From the NCBI GenBank assembly GCA_934122235.1, contig CAKOWE010000001.1:30204-94203 (forward strand): a stretch of DNA of 64,000 nucleotides, written 5' to 3'. Origin of the DNA: an uncultured Clostridia bacterium (lineage in GTDB: Bacteria > Bacillota > Clostridia > TANB77 > CAG-508). Below the pieces are notes generated by a model, which had not been told where the DNA came from, did no database searches, and saw only the letters and a program-made list of their open reading frames with translations. This document shows positions 1 through 11,767 of the stretch, piece by piece; position 1 is the stretch's first letter, and every line of letters starts with the position of its first letter. Made by a program: the position numbers and the translations under genes.

Positions 1-1
1 G

Positions 2-139
2 ATAGATAAAATAAAGATGGAATCAAGAAGATATGCTAAAAGACAATTAACATGGTTTAGAAAAAATAAAGATATAATATGGCTAAATGGATTAGAAACA
101 CAAAGTGAAAATATAGATAAGATAATTGCAAATATTTAA
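2..139 (+). CDS. miaA: tRNA dimethylallyltransferase, C-terminal fragment (5' end outside window)
   Basis: Open frame from the window edge to TAA at 137-139. Translation ...RRYAKRQLTWFRKNKDIIWL... carries the MiaA C-terminal RQxTWFR motif. Confidence 0.6.
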   Translation: MDKIKMESRRYAKRQLTWFRKNKDIIWLNGLETQSENIDKIIANI

Positions 140-161
140 ATTAATAATATATTTGAAAGGA

Positions 162-1427
162 ATGAAATTTTTGGACGAAAGAAGAAAAATAAAGTATAAT
201 AAAAAATACAATATACTAATTGCAGTTGCAGGTATAATAATATTGATATATATATTGTATGCAATTATTAATTTAATAAAGTCTCCAACAGATGTATTTG
301 TTATTGAATATGGCAAAGTATCATTAGAAGAATCTGCTATAGGATATTTAATTAGAGAAGAAACTATAGTAAAAGGTAGTAATTATGAAAATGGAATAGT
401 ACAGATAAAATCTGAAGGAGAGAAAGTGGCTAAAGGAGAAGCTGTGTTTAGATATTATAGTAATGATGAAGAGCAAATAACACAACAAATAAAAGAAATA
501 GATACAAAATTAAATCAAGCATTAGAAAAACAAACTGAAATACTTCCTACAGATATAAAATCATTAGATAAGCAAATAGAACAAAGATTGGAAAGCTTAA
601 ATAAATTTACAGATACAGAAAAGATAAAAGAATATAAGAATGATATAAATACATATTTGACCAAAAAATCAAAAATAGCAGGTGAAAATAGTCCGGTGGG
701 TTCATATATAAAGCAATTATATCAGGAAAGAAATATGTATGAGTCAAAATTAACACAAACTACAGAATATGTAACAGCACCTACAAGTGGTGTTGTATCC
801 TATAGAGTAGATGGATTGGAAAACATACTAACAACCGAAGATTTTAGTAAAGTTAGTAAGGATTTACTAGAAAGTTTAAATATAAAAACTGGACAAATTA
901 TTGCAACAAATAATCAAGAAGGCAAGATAATTAATAATTTCGAATGCTATATTGCAACTGTTATGGATACAGAAAATGCTAAAGAAAGCAAGGTAGGTCA
1001 ACGCGTAAAAATAAGATTATCTAGTAAGGAAGAAGTTGATGCAACTATTAGTTATAAGACAGAACAAGAAAATAGTGATGATGTAGTTTTAGTTTTAAAA
1101 ATAACTAGTAGAGTTGAGGATTTAATAAGTTATAGAAAAATATCTTTTGATATAGTTTGGTGGAGTGATACTGGATTAAAGGTCCCAAATTCAGCTATAA
1201 TATATGATGATGCAGGACAAGCATATATTATAAGAAATAGAGCAGGTTATTTAGATAAAATATTAATAAAAAAAGTAAGAGAAACCAAAAGTTATACTTT
1301 GGTGGAAAACTATGAAACAGAAGAATTAAAAGAAAAAGGATTTACAGCAGAAGAAATAAAGAAAATGAAGAATGTTGCATTATATGACGAAATAATGTCA
1401 CAACCACAAAAATCAATGTTACAATAA
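162..1427 (+). CDS. HlyD-family / membrane-fusion-like protein (N-terminal TM, coiled coil, beta-barrel-like C-terminus)
   Basis: ORF 126..1427. ATG at 162 follows GAAAGG and lies after the miaA stop. Has an N-terminal hydrophobic segment and a long coiled-coil-like region. Family assignment is by general resemblance only. Confidence 0.45.
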   Translation: MKFLDERRKIKYNKKYNILIAVAGIIILIYILYAIINLIKSPTDVFVIEYGKVSLEESAIGYLIREETIVKGSNYENGIVQIKSEGEKVAKGEAVFRYYSNDEEQITQQIKEIDTKLNQALEKQTEILPTDIKSLDKQIEQRLESLNKFTDTEKIKEYKNDINTYLTKKSKIAGENSPVGSYIKQLYQERNMYESKLTQTTEYVTAPTSGVVSYRVDGLENILTTEDFSKVSKDLLESLNIKTGQIIATNNQEGKIINNFECYIATVMDTENAKESKVGQRVKIRLSSKEEVDATISYKTEQENSDDVVLVLKITSRVEDLISYRKISFDIVWWSDTGLKVPNSAIIYDDAGQAYIIRNRAGYLDKILIKKVRETKSYTLVENYETEELKEKGFTAEEIKKMKNVALYDEIMSQPQKSMLQ

Positions 1428-1551
1428 TATTACAAGAATATTAAAAAAATATTACAATTCAAAAAAAACTTGACATTAGGAAAAAAAAGTAAGATACTAT
1501 ATATATGTAAAAAATGGATACGAAGGAAAAATATTTTAGGAGGTTTTTGGA

Positions 1552-2025
1552 GTGGGAGCATTAAATAAAGTGTTAGATTTTTTTGGAATGGATACAGGAG
1601 CAGAAGAAGTAGAAGAAAACGAAAATGATGTATATGGATATAATTATAATGAAGAAGAAGAAAATGATGAAGTTGAATCAAAAGGAATATTCAACAGAAA
1701 TAAAAATAAAGTGGTAAATATGCCACAAGTTCAACCTGTGAAAATGGTAATATCTCAACCTACAACATTTGAACAATCAGAAGAAATATGCAATTATTTA
1801 AAAGAAAAAAAATCTATTATAGTTAATTTAGAATATGTTAATAAAGATATAGCAAGACGTATTATAGATTTTGTAAGTGGTGGAGTTCATGCTCTAGATG
1901 GACACATACAAAAAGTATCTAATTCAATATTTTTAATAGCACCTATAAACTATGAAATTGCAAATGAAATGGCAAGAGAAGAAATAAAAAATAAACTATC
2001 AGTATCATGGTTAAAAAACAACTAA
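1552..2025 (+). CDS. sepF: cell division protein SepF
   Basis: GTG start after GGAGG. C-terminal domain ...PTTFEQSEEICNYLKEKKSIIVNLEYV...ARRIIDFVSGGVHALDGHIQKVSNSIFLIAP is typical of SepF, and divIVA lies next to it. Confidence 0.85.
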   Translation: MGALNKVLDFFGMDTGAEEVEENENDVYGYNYNEEEENDEVESKGIFNRNKNKVVNMPQVQPVKMVISQPTTFEQSEEICNYLKEKKSIIVNLEYVNKDIARRIIDFVSGGVHALDGHIQKVSNSIFLIAPINYEIANEMAREEIKNKLSVSWLKNN

Positions 2026-2169
2026 AGATAAAATATAATAAAATCAATAGAATAGAACGATAACTTAATCGTTCTATTACTTTAAACAAAGAAATCAATT
2101 ATATAAATAAAACTAGAACAGAGGTAATTTTATTATAGTAATATTTATAATATAATGGAGGTAGCAAAA

Positions 2170-2619
2170 ATGATAACACCACTAGACATTGAAAACAAAA
2201 AGTTTGGGAAACAAATGATGAATGGATATAATGTAGATGAAGTTGATGAGTTTTTAGATGACCTTACAGCAGATTATGAAAAATTATATAAAGAAAATGC
2301 AGAATTAAAGAAAAATGCTGATGAATTAAATGCAAACATGGGCAAATATAAAAGCTTAGAAACAACATTACAAAATACATTAATAATGGCTCAAACTGCG
2401 GCAGATGAAGTTAAAAATTCTGCCAAACAACAAGCTGATCAAATAATAAAGGACGCAGAACTATCTGCTAAAACAAGAGTGGATGAATTAAATAGTCAAA
2501 TAACAATAAAGGAAAAAGAATTAGCAGAATTAAGAAAACAATTAGATGTATATAAAGCAAAAGTAGAATCTCTATTAATATCACAATTAGAATTATTAAA
2601 AGATATAAATAAGGACTAA
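2170..2619 (+). CDS. divIVA: DivIVA domain protein
   Basis: MITPLDIENKKFGKQMMNGYNVDEVDEFLDDL... is the canonical DivIVA N-terminus. ATG at 2170 follows GGAGG (the ORF track starts at 2155). Confidence 0.85.
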   Translation: MITPLDIENKKFGKQMMNGYNVDEVDEFLDDLTADYEKLYKENAELKKNADELNANMGKYKSLETTLQNTLIMAQTAADEVKNSAKQQADQIIKDAELSAKTRVDELNSQITIKEKELAELRKQLDVYKAKVESLLISQLELLKDINKD

Positions 2620-2803
2620 AAATTTAAATATAAATTTAAAAGCATGAATATGAAGTGCACCCCAAATGTTAGACAAAAATCTAACGTTTGAAGGTGTATT
2701 TTTTATACGAAAAATTTTAACTTCAAAATTAAAATTTGATATTATTTTATAATTATGATATAATACTTCCATTAATTTAAAAGCGAGAGAGGAATGAAAC
2801 TGT

Positions 2804-3817
2804 ATGGATAAAAAAAGAATATTAACAGGAGATAGACCAACAGGAAGATTGCATATAGGACATTATTTTGGATCACTTGTAAAGAGATTAGAATTACAAG
2901 AGAGTGGAGAATATGATTCATATATATTGATTGCAGATGTTCAGGCTTTAACAGATAATTTTAATAATCCAGAGAAAGTTAGATTGAATGTAAGAGAGGT
3001 TGCAATTGATTATTTATCTGTTGGAATTGATCCAAATAAAACAACAATATATATTCAATCAATGATACCAGAAACAGCAGAGCTTACAATTTACTATTCA
3101 AATTTAGTTACAGTGGCTAGACTTCAAAGAAATCCTACAGTAAAAACTGAGATTGCACAAAAAAGAGATTTGTTTGGAGAAAGTGTAACTTATGGATTTT
3201 TAGGATATCCTGTAAGTCAAGCAGCTGATATAACTACTTTTGAGGGAGAACTTGTCCCAGTTGGCGAAGATCAAGAACCATTAATAGAGCAATGTAGAGA
3301 GATAGTAAGAAAATTTAATAGTATTTATGGAGATGTTTTAACTGAACCTAAAGTTGTTTTAACTAGAACAAGTAGAATTAAAGGATTAGATGGAAACGAA
3401 AAAATGGGCAAATCACTAGGAAATGCTATTTATTTGTCTGATACAGAAGAAGAAGTAAATAAAAAAGTTATGAGTGCTGTAACTGACCCAAATAGAATAA
3501 GAAAAGATGATTTAGGAAATCCTGATATATGTATGGTATATTATTATCATAAATTGTTTTCTGGTGAAGATGCTTGTAAAGCTTGTTGTGAGGAATGCAA
3601 GAAAGGTCAAAGAGGATGTGTAGCTTGTAAAAAAGAACTTGCATCAAATATAAATAATTTTCTAGCACCTATAAGAGAAAAAAGAAAGTATTACGAAGAA
3701 AGACCTGAACTTGTTGATGAAATATTGAAACAAGGAACTGAGAAAGCTAGAAAAACAGCACAAGAAACAATGAAAAAGGTTAGAAAAGCGATGAAATTAG
3801 ATTATTTTCAAGAATAA
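2804..3817 (+). CDS. trpS: tryptophan--tRNA ligase (with C-terminal Cys cluster)
   Basis: Class I motifs TGRLHIGHYFG and KMGKSLGN. Length is 337 aa. A Cys cluster C-x21-C-x6-C-x2-C lies near the C-terminus. Confidence 0.9.
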   Translation: MDKKRILTGDRPTGRLHIGHYFGSLVKRLELQESGEYDSYILIADVQALTDNFNNPEKVRLNVREVAIDYLSVGIDPNKTTIYIQSMIPETAELTIYYSNLVTVARLQRNPTVKTEIAQKRDLFGESVTYGFLGYPVSQAADITTFEGELVPVGEDQEPLIEQCREIVRKFNSIYGDVLTEPKVVLTRTSRIKGLDGNEKMGKSLGNAIYLSDTEEEVNKKVMSAVTDPNRIRKDDLGNPDICMVYYYHKLFSGEDACKACCEECKKGQRGCVACKKELASNINNFLAPIREKRKYYEERPELVDEILKQGTEKARKTAQETMKKVRKAMKLDYFQE

Positions 3818-3828
3818 AAGGAAAGTGA

Positions 3829-5112
<1,284 letters not shown>

Positions 5113-5140
5113 AAAGCCATTTTATAAAGAAAGGAAAAAT

Positions 5141-5710
5141 ATGAAAATTATATTAGCTTCAAAATCACCAAGAAGAAAAGAACTAATGGACTTATTAAAT
5201 ATAAAATATGAAGTTGTAGTAAGCGAAGCAGATGAATCACATGAGGAGAAATTATCTATAGAGGATGAATCTAAAAGGCTTGCATATATAAAAGCTAAAA
5301 AGGTATTTGATGAAACTTGTGGGGATAGAATAGTAATAGGTTCAGATACAATGGTAATAAAGAATAATAAAATTTATGAAAAACCAAAAAATAATGAAGA
5401 TGCAAAAAGAATGATAAAAGAATTGCAAGGAAGTCAACACGAGGTAATAACTAGTATATGTGTTTTAATAGAAGAAAATGAAAAATACAGTGAATATACG
5501 GATTTTGATAAAGCAAGTGTATGTATAAAAAGCATGAGTGACGAAGAGATAGAAAATTGGATACAAACAGGAGAAGCGTTGGATAAAGCCGGTGCTTATG
5601 CAATACAAAGCAAATTTTGCGTGTTTGTAGAAAAAATAACAGGAAACTATACAACTGTAGTTGGATTACCAATGCATAAATTGTATGAAGCAATCAAAAA
5701 ATATATTTAG
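5141..5710 (+). CDS. maf: Maf-like nucleoside triphosphate pyrophosphatase / septum formation protein
   Basis: MKIILASKSPRRKELMDLL... and GAYAIQ motifs. ATG at 5141 follows AAAGGAAA. Confidence 0.85.
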   Translation: MKIILASKSPRRKELMDLLNIKYEVVVSEADESHEEKLSIEDESKRLAYIKAKKVFDETCGDRIVIGSDTMVIKNNKIYEKPKNNEDAKRMIKELQGSQHEVITSICVLIEENEKYSEYTDFDKASVCIKSMSDEEIENWIQTGEALDKAGAYAIQSKFCVFVEKITGNYTTVVGLPMHKLYEAIKKYI

Positions 5711-5745
5711 AAAATTGGCAAAATGATAAAAATCCAAAAAAATGT

Positions 5746-5774
5746 TTGACATACTTATGTTTGTATGATATGAT
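5746..5774 (+). promoter_or_regulatory. sigma-A type promoter upstream of lexA
   Basis: TTGACA (5746-5751), a 17-nt spacer ending in TGA, then TATGAT (5769-5774). Confidence 0.5.
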
Positions 5775-5807
5775 AAGTGCAAATGAATTTTTGGGAGTGA
5801 TGTGTAA

Positions 5808-6461
5808 ATGAAAAAGAAATCATCAGATGAGCTAAATAAAAGAGAAAGAGCTATACTTAAATTTATAGAAAAACATATTACAACTCATGGATATCCACCA
5901 TCAGTTAGAGAAATAGGAAAAGCAGTTGGATTAAGTTCAACAGCAACAGTACATGGGTATATAGCCAAATTAACTGATAAAGGTTATATAAAAAAAGAAG
6001 ACCAAAAGGGAAGAACTTTAAAATTATTAAAAGGCGGACTTGCAGATAGCCAACCTAGAATAGAAAAACCAGTTTATAGTGGGAAAGAATTGGTTGATGT
6101 GCCAGTTATAGGAAAAATTACAGCAGGAGAACCAATATTAGCTGTAGAAAATGTAACTGATACATTTCCTATACCAATAGATTTTGTAGGAAATAGCGAA
6201 AGCTTCATGCTTACAGTTAGAGGAGAAAGCATGATAGAAGCAGGAATATTGAGTGGAGATTATATATTGGTCAAAAAGCAAAATACAGCTAATAATGGCG
6301 AAATAGTAGTTGCATTAATTGGAGATGAAGCAACAGTAAAAACATTTTATAAAGAAAAAGATCATATTAGATTGCAACCAGAAAATAGTACAATGGATCC
6401 AATAATAGTGCCAAATTGTGAAATATTAGGAAAAGTAGCAGGGGTATTTAGAAAAATGTAA
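5808..6461 (+). CDS. lexA: LexA repressor
   Basis: Winged-HTH N-terminus ([27 protein letters not shown]) and S24 peptidase C-terminus ([11 protein letters not shown]...[14 protein letters not shown]). Confidence 0.9.
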   Translation: MKKKSSDELNKRERAILKFIEKHITTHGYPPSVREIGKAVGLSSTATVHGYIAKLTDKGYIKKEDQKGRTLKLLKGGLADSQPRIEKPVYSGKELVDVPVIGKITAGEPILAVENVTDTFPIPIDFVGNSESFMLTVRGESMIEAGILSGDYILVKKQNTANNGEIVVALIGDEATVKTFYKEKDHIRLQPENSTMDPIIVPNCEILGKVAGVFRKM

Positions 6462-6470
6462 TTTAATAAT

Positions 6471-6510
6471 AAAAATGACAAAGAATATTGCGATATTCTT
6501 TGTCATTTTT
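6471..6510. terminator. bidirectional rho-independent terminator (lexA / pflA convergent ends)
   Basis: Perfect 18-bp stem AAAAATGACAAAGAATAT / ATATTCTTTGTCATTTTT with a TGCG loop, flanked by A and T runs. Confidence 0.8.
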
Positions 6511-6528
6511 ATTATAGTTATTGAAAAA

Positions 6529-7261
6529 TTATAATCCTAATAAATCTCTTGCTCGCTTTACATCATCAGCGTTTGCTGGTCTTATTCCCTCTAATTGGTA
6601 TTCACAACCTAGATCTTTCCATTTAAATTTGCCCATGTCATGATATGGCAAAATTTCTACTTTTTGTACAGTTCTTAAAGATTTAATAAACATTCTTAAA
6701 TCTATTAAATCTTGAGTATCATCAGTTATTCCTGGTATTAATACTTGTCTAATCCATATAGGAATATTATTATCACTTAAATATTTTGCAAATGCTAATT
6801 CTTTCTTATTAGAAAAACCTACTAAATCTTTACATTTTTCATCATTAATATGTTTTATATCTAGTAAAACTAAATCTGTATATTTTAATAATTCTTTTAT
6901 GTCGTCATTAATCTCAAACATTCCGTGAAGTATCGATTGTTGTATGAATATTTTCTTGTTTTAATCTTTTGAAAAGATTAATTAAAAATTTAGTTTGTAA
7001 TAGTGGTTCACCACCAGTAACAGTAACACCTCCGTTAGAAGGCAAAATATATTCTTTATAGCTTTGGATTCGTTTAACTAATTCGTCAACGCTTTTTAAT
7101 TCTCCACTATTTACATCCCATGTATCTCTATTATGACAATATTTACAACGAAGAGCACAACCTTGCATAAATATTACATATCTAATTCCTGGACCATCTA
7201 CAGTTCCAAAAGATTCTATAGAATGAATTCTCCCATAATTTTCCCTATCAAAAGTTTCCAT
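6529..7261 (-). CDS. pflA: pyruvate formate-lyase activating enzyme (radical SAM); needs a +1 shift at in-frame CGG 6925-6923
   Basis: CxxxCxxC motif ([10 protein letters not shown]) in ORF 6914..7279 and the conserved C-terminal half in ORF 6529..6921. The junction is ACT TCA CGG AAT GTT TGA. Skipping the C gives ...[15 protein letters not shown]... and a 243-aa product. Confidence 0.85.
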
Positions 7262-7428
7262 AAAAATTAATCCTTTCAAAAAATATTTTTGATTAATATG
7301 TTTCGTTATATAAATGTATAATAAAAATCTGCTACACCTTAAAAATGCAGTGTAAGCAGAAAACAGAAAAAAGTTTTGATTTTAATGTATAGGGGGACGT
7401 TATTAAACGTCCCTATACTATAATTTAA

Positions 7429-9663
7429 CTAAATTCTATCTTGAATTGTTCTATGAATTACGTCTAATTGTTGTTCTCTAGTTAATTTAATGAAGTTAAC
7501 TGCATATCCAGAAACACGAATTGTAAGTTGTGGATATTTTTCAGGGTGTTCCATAGCATCTTCTAACAATGCTCTATCGAATACGTTAACATTTATATGG
7601 TGACCAGTTTTTGCAAAGTAGCCATCTAACATATTTACTAAGTTTGTTATTCTATCGTCTTCTTCTTTTCCTAATGCTTTTGGTGTAATAGCAAATGTAT
7701 ATGAAATACCATCTTCTGAATAATCATATGGAAGTTTTGCTATTGTATTTAATACGGCAAGTGAACCGTTTGTGTCTCTTCCGTGTAATGGGTTTGCACC
7801 AGGACCAAATGGCTCTCCAGCTCTTCTTCCGTCAGGAGTATTTCCTGTGTTTTTACCATAAACAACATTTGATGTAATTGTTAATATAGATAATGTGTGT
7901 TTTGAACCTCTGTATGTTTGATATTTTTGTAATTTTCTTAAGAATGTTTTTACTATATCAACAGCTATTTGGTCAACTCTATCATCATCATTACCATATT
8001 TAGGAAAATCTCCTTCTACTTGATAGTCAACTGCTAAACCAGATTCGTCTCTTATAACTTTAACTTTAGCATATTTTATTGCTGATAAAGAATCTGCAAC
8101 AACAGATAAACCAGCTATACCACAAGCCATTGTTCTTAAAATATCTTTGTCATGTAAAGCCATTTCTAATGCTTCATAAGAATATTTGTCATGCATATAA
8201 TGAATAGCATTTAATGCTTTGATATATATTTTTGCAACATAATCCATCATTACATTATATTTAGCCATAACTTCATCATAGTCTAAGTATTCTGAAGTAA
8301 TAGGCTCAAATCTTGTTGTAATTTGTTTTCCTGAATTTTCATCTCTACCACCATTAATAGCGTATAGTAATGCTTTGGCAAGGTTTGCTCTTGCTCCGAA
8401 GAATTGCATTTGTTTACCAATTTTCATTGCAGAAACGCAACAAGCTATACCGTAATCATCACCAAGCATTGGTCTCATTAAATCATCATTTTCGTATTGG
8501 ATTGAAGATGTTTGTATAGATATTTTTGTTGTAAATCTCTTAAATCCTTCAGGTAAATTATTTGACCATAATACTGTTAAGTTTGGTTCAGGAGCAGGTC
8601 CTAATGTTGTTAATGTGTGTAATACTCTGAAAGAGTTCTTTGTAACTAAAGTTCTTCCATCTACACCCATACCACCAATAGATTCTGTTACCCAAACTGG
8701 GTCTCCACTGAATAATTCATTGTATTCAGGTGCTCTTAAGAATCTAACTAATCTTAATTTCATAACAAAATGATCCATTAATTCTTGAGCTTCGTCTTCA
8801 GTTAATGTTCCATTTGCAAAATCTCTTTCTATATATATATCTATGAAAGTAGATGTTCTACCAATACTCATAGCAGCACCATTTTGATCTTTAACAGCTC
8901 CTAAATATCCAAAGTATAACCATTGAATAGCTTCTTTAGCATTTGCAGCTGGAACAGATATATCGAAACCATATTTTGCTGCCATAGCTTTTAAGTCATT
9001 TAATGCTTTTATTTGATCAGATATTTCTTCTCTTTCTCTAATTACATCTGATGTAAATTCATCTACGTCTAATACTTCTAATTCTATTTTCTTTTCAGCT
9101 ATTAAAGCATCTACACCATAAAGTGCAACTCTTCTATAATCACCTATAATTCTTCCACGTCCATATCCATCTGGAAGACCAGTAATTAAGTGAGAACTTC
9201 TTGCAGCTCTAATATCTGGTGTATAAACTTGGAAAACACCATCATTATGTGTTTTTCTTAAAGTATGATAAATATATTCTGTTTCAGGGTCAACTTTTAG
9301 TCCATATGCTTCAGCTGATTTTTCTACTATACGGATACCACCAGCAGGCATAATTGCTCTTTTTAAAGGAGCGTCTGTTTGAAGACCAACAATTTGTTCT
9401 AATTCTTTTTTTATATATCCAGCGTCATAAGCATTAACTGCAGAAGGTGTTTTTGTATCTGCATCTAAAACTCCGCCATTTTCTCTTTCTTTTTTATATA
9501 ATTCTAAAACCTCATTCCAAAGTTCTTTTGTTCTTTCTGTAGCGCCAACTAAGAAACTATCATCGCCAGTATATGGTGTGTAGTTGTGTTGAATGAAATC
9601 TCTAACATTTATTTCATCTTGCCATTCGCCACTTTTAAAATTGTTCCATTGATCAAATTTCAT
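7429..9663 (-). CDS. pflB: formate C-acetyltransferase (pyruvate formate-lyase)
   Basis: 744 aa with the glycyl-radical motif RVSGYAVNF and active-site IACCVS. pflA lies downstream. Confidence 0.95.
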   Translation of the reverse strand: MKFDQWNNFKSGEWQDEINVRDFIQHNYTPYTGDDSFLVGATERTKELWNEVLELYKKERENGGVLDADTKTPSAVNAYDAGYIKKELEQIVGLQTDAPLKRAIMPAGGIRIVEKSAEAYGLKVDPETEYIYHTLRKTHNDGVFQVYTPDIRAARSSHLITGLPDGYGRGRIIGDYRRVALYGVDALIAEKKIELEVLDVDEFTSDVIREREEISDQIKALNDLKAMAAKYGFDISVPAANAKEAIQWLYFGYLGAVKDQNGAAMSIGRTSTFIDIYIERDFANGTLTEDEAQELMDHFVMKLRLVRFLRAPEYNELFSGDPVWVTESIGGMGVDGRTLVTKNSFRVLHTLTTLGPAPEPNLTVLWSNNLPEGFKRFTTKISIQTSSIQYENDDLMRPMLGDDYGIACCVSAMKIGKQMQFFGARANLAKALLYAINGGRDENSGKQITTRFEPITSEYLDYDEVMAKYNVMMDYVAKIYIKALNAIHYMHDKYSYEALEMALHDKDILRTMACGIAGLSVVADSLSAIKYAKVKVIRDESGLAVDYQVEGDFPKYGNDDDRVDQIAVDIVKTFLRKLQKYQTYRGSKHTLSILTITSNVVYGKNTGNTPDGRRAGEPFGPGANPLHGRDTNGSLAVLNTIAKLPYDYSEDGISYTFAITPKALGKEEDDRITNLVNMLDGYFAKTGHHINVNVFDRALLEDAMEHPEKYPQLTIRVSGYAVNFIKLTREQQLDVIHRTIQDRI

Positions 9664-9907
9664 AAAAAAACCTCCTATATAAATATTGTATACAAAGTAT
9701 ATTTTAATATACTCACAACTATTTTATAATATCATAAAATAATTGTAATATCAACATTTTAAATACAAAATTTGCAAAAAAATGTAGAAAAATAAATATA
9801 ATAATGATAGAATACAAGGTATAAAAAAACACAATTATATAGAGCAATGTGATATAATTTAAAAAATATATGTTGCATAATAAATTAAAAATACAAAGGA
9901 GAAATTT

Positions 9908-11089
9908 ATGGATAAAATACTAGAAGAAATACAGCAAAGAATGCTATATAAAGAAACAATGTTATCTCCAGTTGCATGCAAATCTAAAAGTGCAATTAGA
10001 TTGGTAGATGAACCAGAAGATATAAGACCAGCTTTTTTTAAAGATATAGATAGAATAATACATTCACTTAGTTATACAAGATATATAGATAAAACACAAG
10101 TGTTTTCATTTGTACAAAATGACCATATAACCCATAGAGTGCTACATGTACAATTGGTTTCAAAAATTGCAAGAACCATAGGAAGAAGTTTAAATTTAAA
10201 TGAAGATCTAATAGAAGCTATTGCGCTTGGTCATGATGTTGGGCATTCACCTTTTGGACATTCTGGAGAAAAGTTTTTAAATGATATTTGCATAAAGCAA
10301 GGAATAGGATATTTTTGTCATAATGCTCAAAGTGTAAGAGTATTAAAAGATTTGGAGAATATTAATATAACAGTTCAAACTTTGGATGGTATACTTGCTC
10401 ATAATGGAGAAATATTAAGGAATGAATATAAACCTAATTTTGAAAAAACAAAAGAACAATTTTTGGAGGACTTGCAAAGTGCTTTTAATACAAAATATTA
10501 TAGTGAAAAGATAAAATCAATGACTCTAGAAAGTTGTGTTGTTAGAATATCAGATATAATTGCATATGTTGGTAGAGATATAGAAGACGCAATTATAGTA
10601 GGAGCAATAAAGAGAAGTGACATACCATATCATATAACAAGAGTTCTTGGAAATAATAATTCAAAAATAGTAGATACATTGGTAAAAGACATAATAATAA
10701 ATAGCCAAGGAAAACAATATATAGAATTGTCAAAAGAAGTGTTTGAAGCATTGATGGAACTAAAACGTTGGAATAATAAGAATATATATGAGTCAAAAGA
10801 AGCAACTAAGAATTCTAATATATTAGAGAATTTGTTTAATAATATATTTGATGCATATTTAGAGCGAATAAATAATATTAATTATTTAACTACAATTCCG
10901 ATAACTGAAAATACAAATACGTCAGATAAAATTTTTTATGAGTTTATAAATAGTAAAACACCAGAATATAGGAAAAACACAGATGAAAGAAGAATAATAA
11001 TAGATTATATAGCTGGGCAAACGGATAAATTTTTTATATCAGAATGTGAAAAACATGTATTTGGATTTAGAGCTAATATGTTATATTAA
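9908..11089 (+). CDS. HD-domain dNTP triphosphohydrolase-like protein (dGTPase family)
   Basis: HRVLHVQLVS...GHDVGHSPFGHSGE motifs typical of the dGTPase/HD family. Confidence 0.7.
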   Translation: MDKILEEIQQRMLYKETMLSPVACKSKSAIRLVDEPEDIRPAFFKDIDRIIHSLSYTRYIDKTQVFSFVQNDHITHRVLHVQLVSKIARTIGRSLNLNEDLIEAIALGHDVGHSPFGHSGEKFLNDICIKQGIGYFCHNAQSVRVLKDLENINITVQTLDGILAHNGEILRNEYKPNFEKTKEQFLEDLQSAFNTKYYSEKIKSMTLESCVVRISDIIAYVGRDIEDAIIVGAIKRSDIPYHITRVLGNNNSKIVDTLVKDIIINSQGKQYIELSKEVFEALMELKRWNNKNIYESKEATKNSNILENLFNNIFDAYLERINNINYLTTIPITENTNTSDKIFYEFINSKTPEYRKNTDERRIIIDYIAGQTDKFFISECEKHVFGFRANMLY

Positions 11090-11091
11090 GT

Positions 11092-11135
11092 AAAAGCTGT
11101 AATGAGAGTATTTTAATTACCTCATTACAGCTTTT
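11092..11135. terminator. bidirectional terminator
   Basis: 15-bp stem AAAAGCTGTAATGAG / CTCATTACAGCTTTT between convergent genes. Confidence 0.7.
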
Positions 11136-11198
11136 AATGTTAATAATATATAATTGTTTGCATCACATAGGCTGTGGCACTTATCTAATTAAATTAAT

Positions 11199-11733
11199 TT
11201 ATTGAATATCTTGAACTTCTTCTTCGATTGGCTCAGATTTTTGTTCGTGTTCATTAATAGTTAATTCAGAAGTACAATGAGGGCATCTTGTTGCTTTATA
11301 ATTTATCTCGCTCAAGCAGAAAGGACATGTTTTTGTTGTTGGTTCTACAGGAGGCTTTTCTGTAATAATTTCCTTTTTTCCTTGTCTTTTAAGTTTTTTA
11401 TTTAGCTTTTTTAATTCTTTTTCTTTAACTTTATTAAATGTATCATTTAATCTATTTATATAACGTATCATAATAAAAATAGAAAAGGCAATAATTAAAA
11501 AGTCTAAAACAGAGCCGATAAAATTACCATAGTTAATTGATACTTGACCAACAGTTAAAGATAGAGAAGAGTAATCAACTTTGCCAGTAAGCATAGAAAT
11601 TCCAGGCATTATAATGTCTTTTACAAGAGAGGTAACTATATTTTGAAATGCACCACCTATAATAATTCCGGACAGCTAAATCCATTACATTTCCTTTTGT
11701 TGCAAATTCTTTAAATTCTTTTAATATTTTCAT
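11199..11733 (-). CDS. mscL: large-conductance mechanosensitive channel MscL with C-terminal zinc-ribbon extension; needs a +1 shift at CGG 11670-11668
   Basis: [21 protein letters not shown]-[C][24 protein letters not shown]... The first 21 codons (11733-11671) are in another frame from ORF 11199..11609. The C-terminus carries CPFC...CPHC. Confidence 0.8.
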
Positions 11734-11767
11734 AAAACTCCTCCTAATTGTATCAATAAGTAATAAA

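Noticed and set aside
2620-2803. T-box leaders upstream of trpS, and likewise upstream of serS (47132-47573) and gltX
   Set aside because: No AGAGA / specifier-loop / GGUGGUACCGCG-like T-box sequence is visible. The trpS upstream region is just the divIVA terminator plus a TTGATA...TATAAT promoter. serS is preceded by a small gene, and the gltX start is overlapped by the upstream ORF.
5711-5807. LexA (Cheo/SOS) box in the lexA promoter
   Set aside because: There is no GAAC-N4-GTTC-type palindrome. Only a loose similarity around TGTTTGACATACTTATGTTTG, which is not enough to call.
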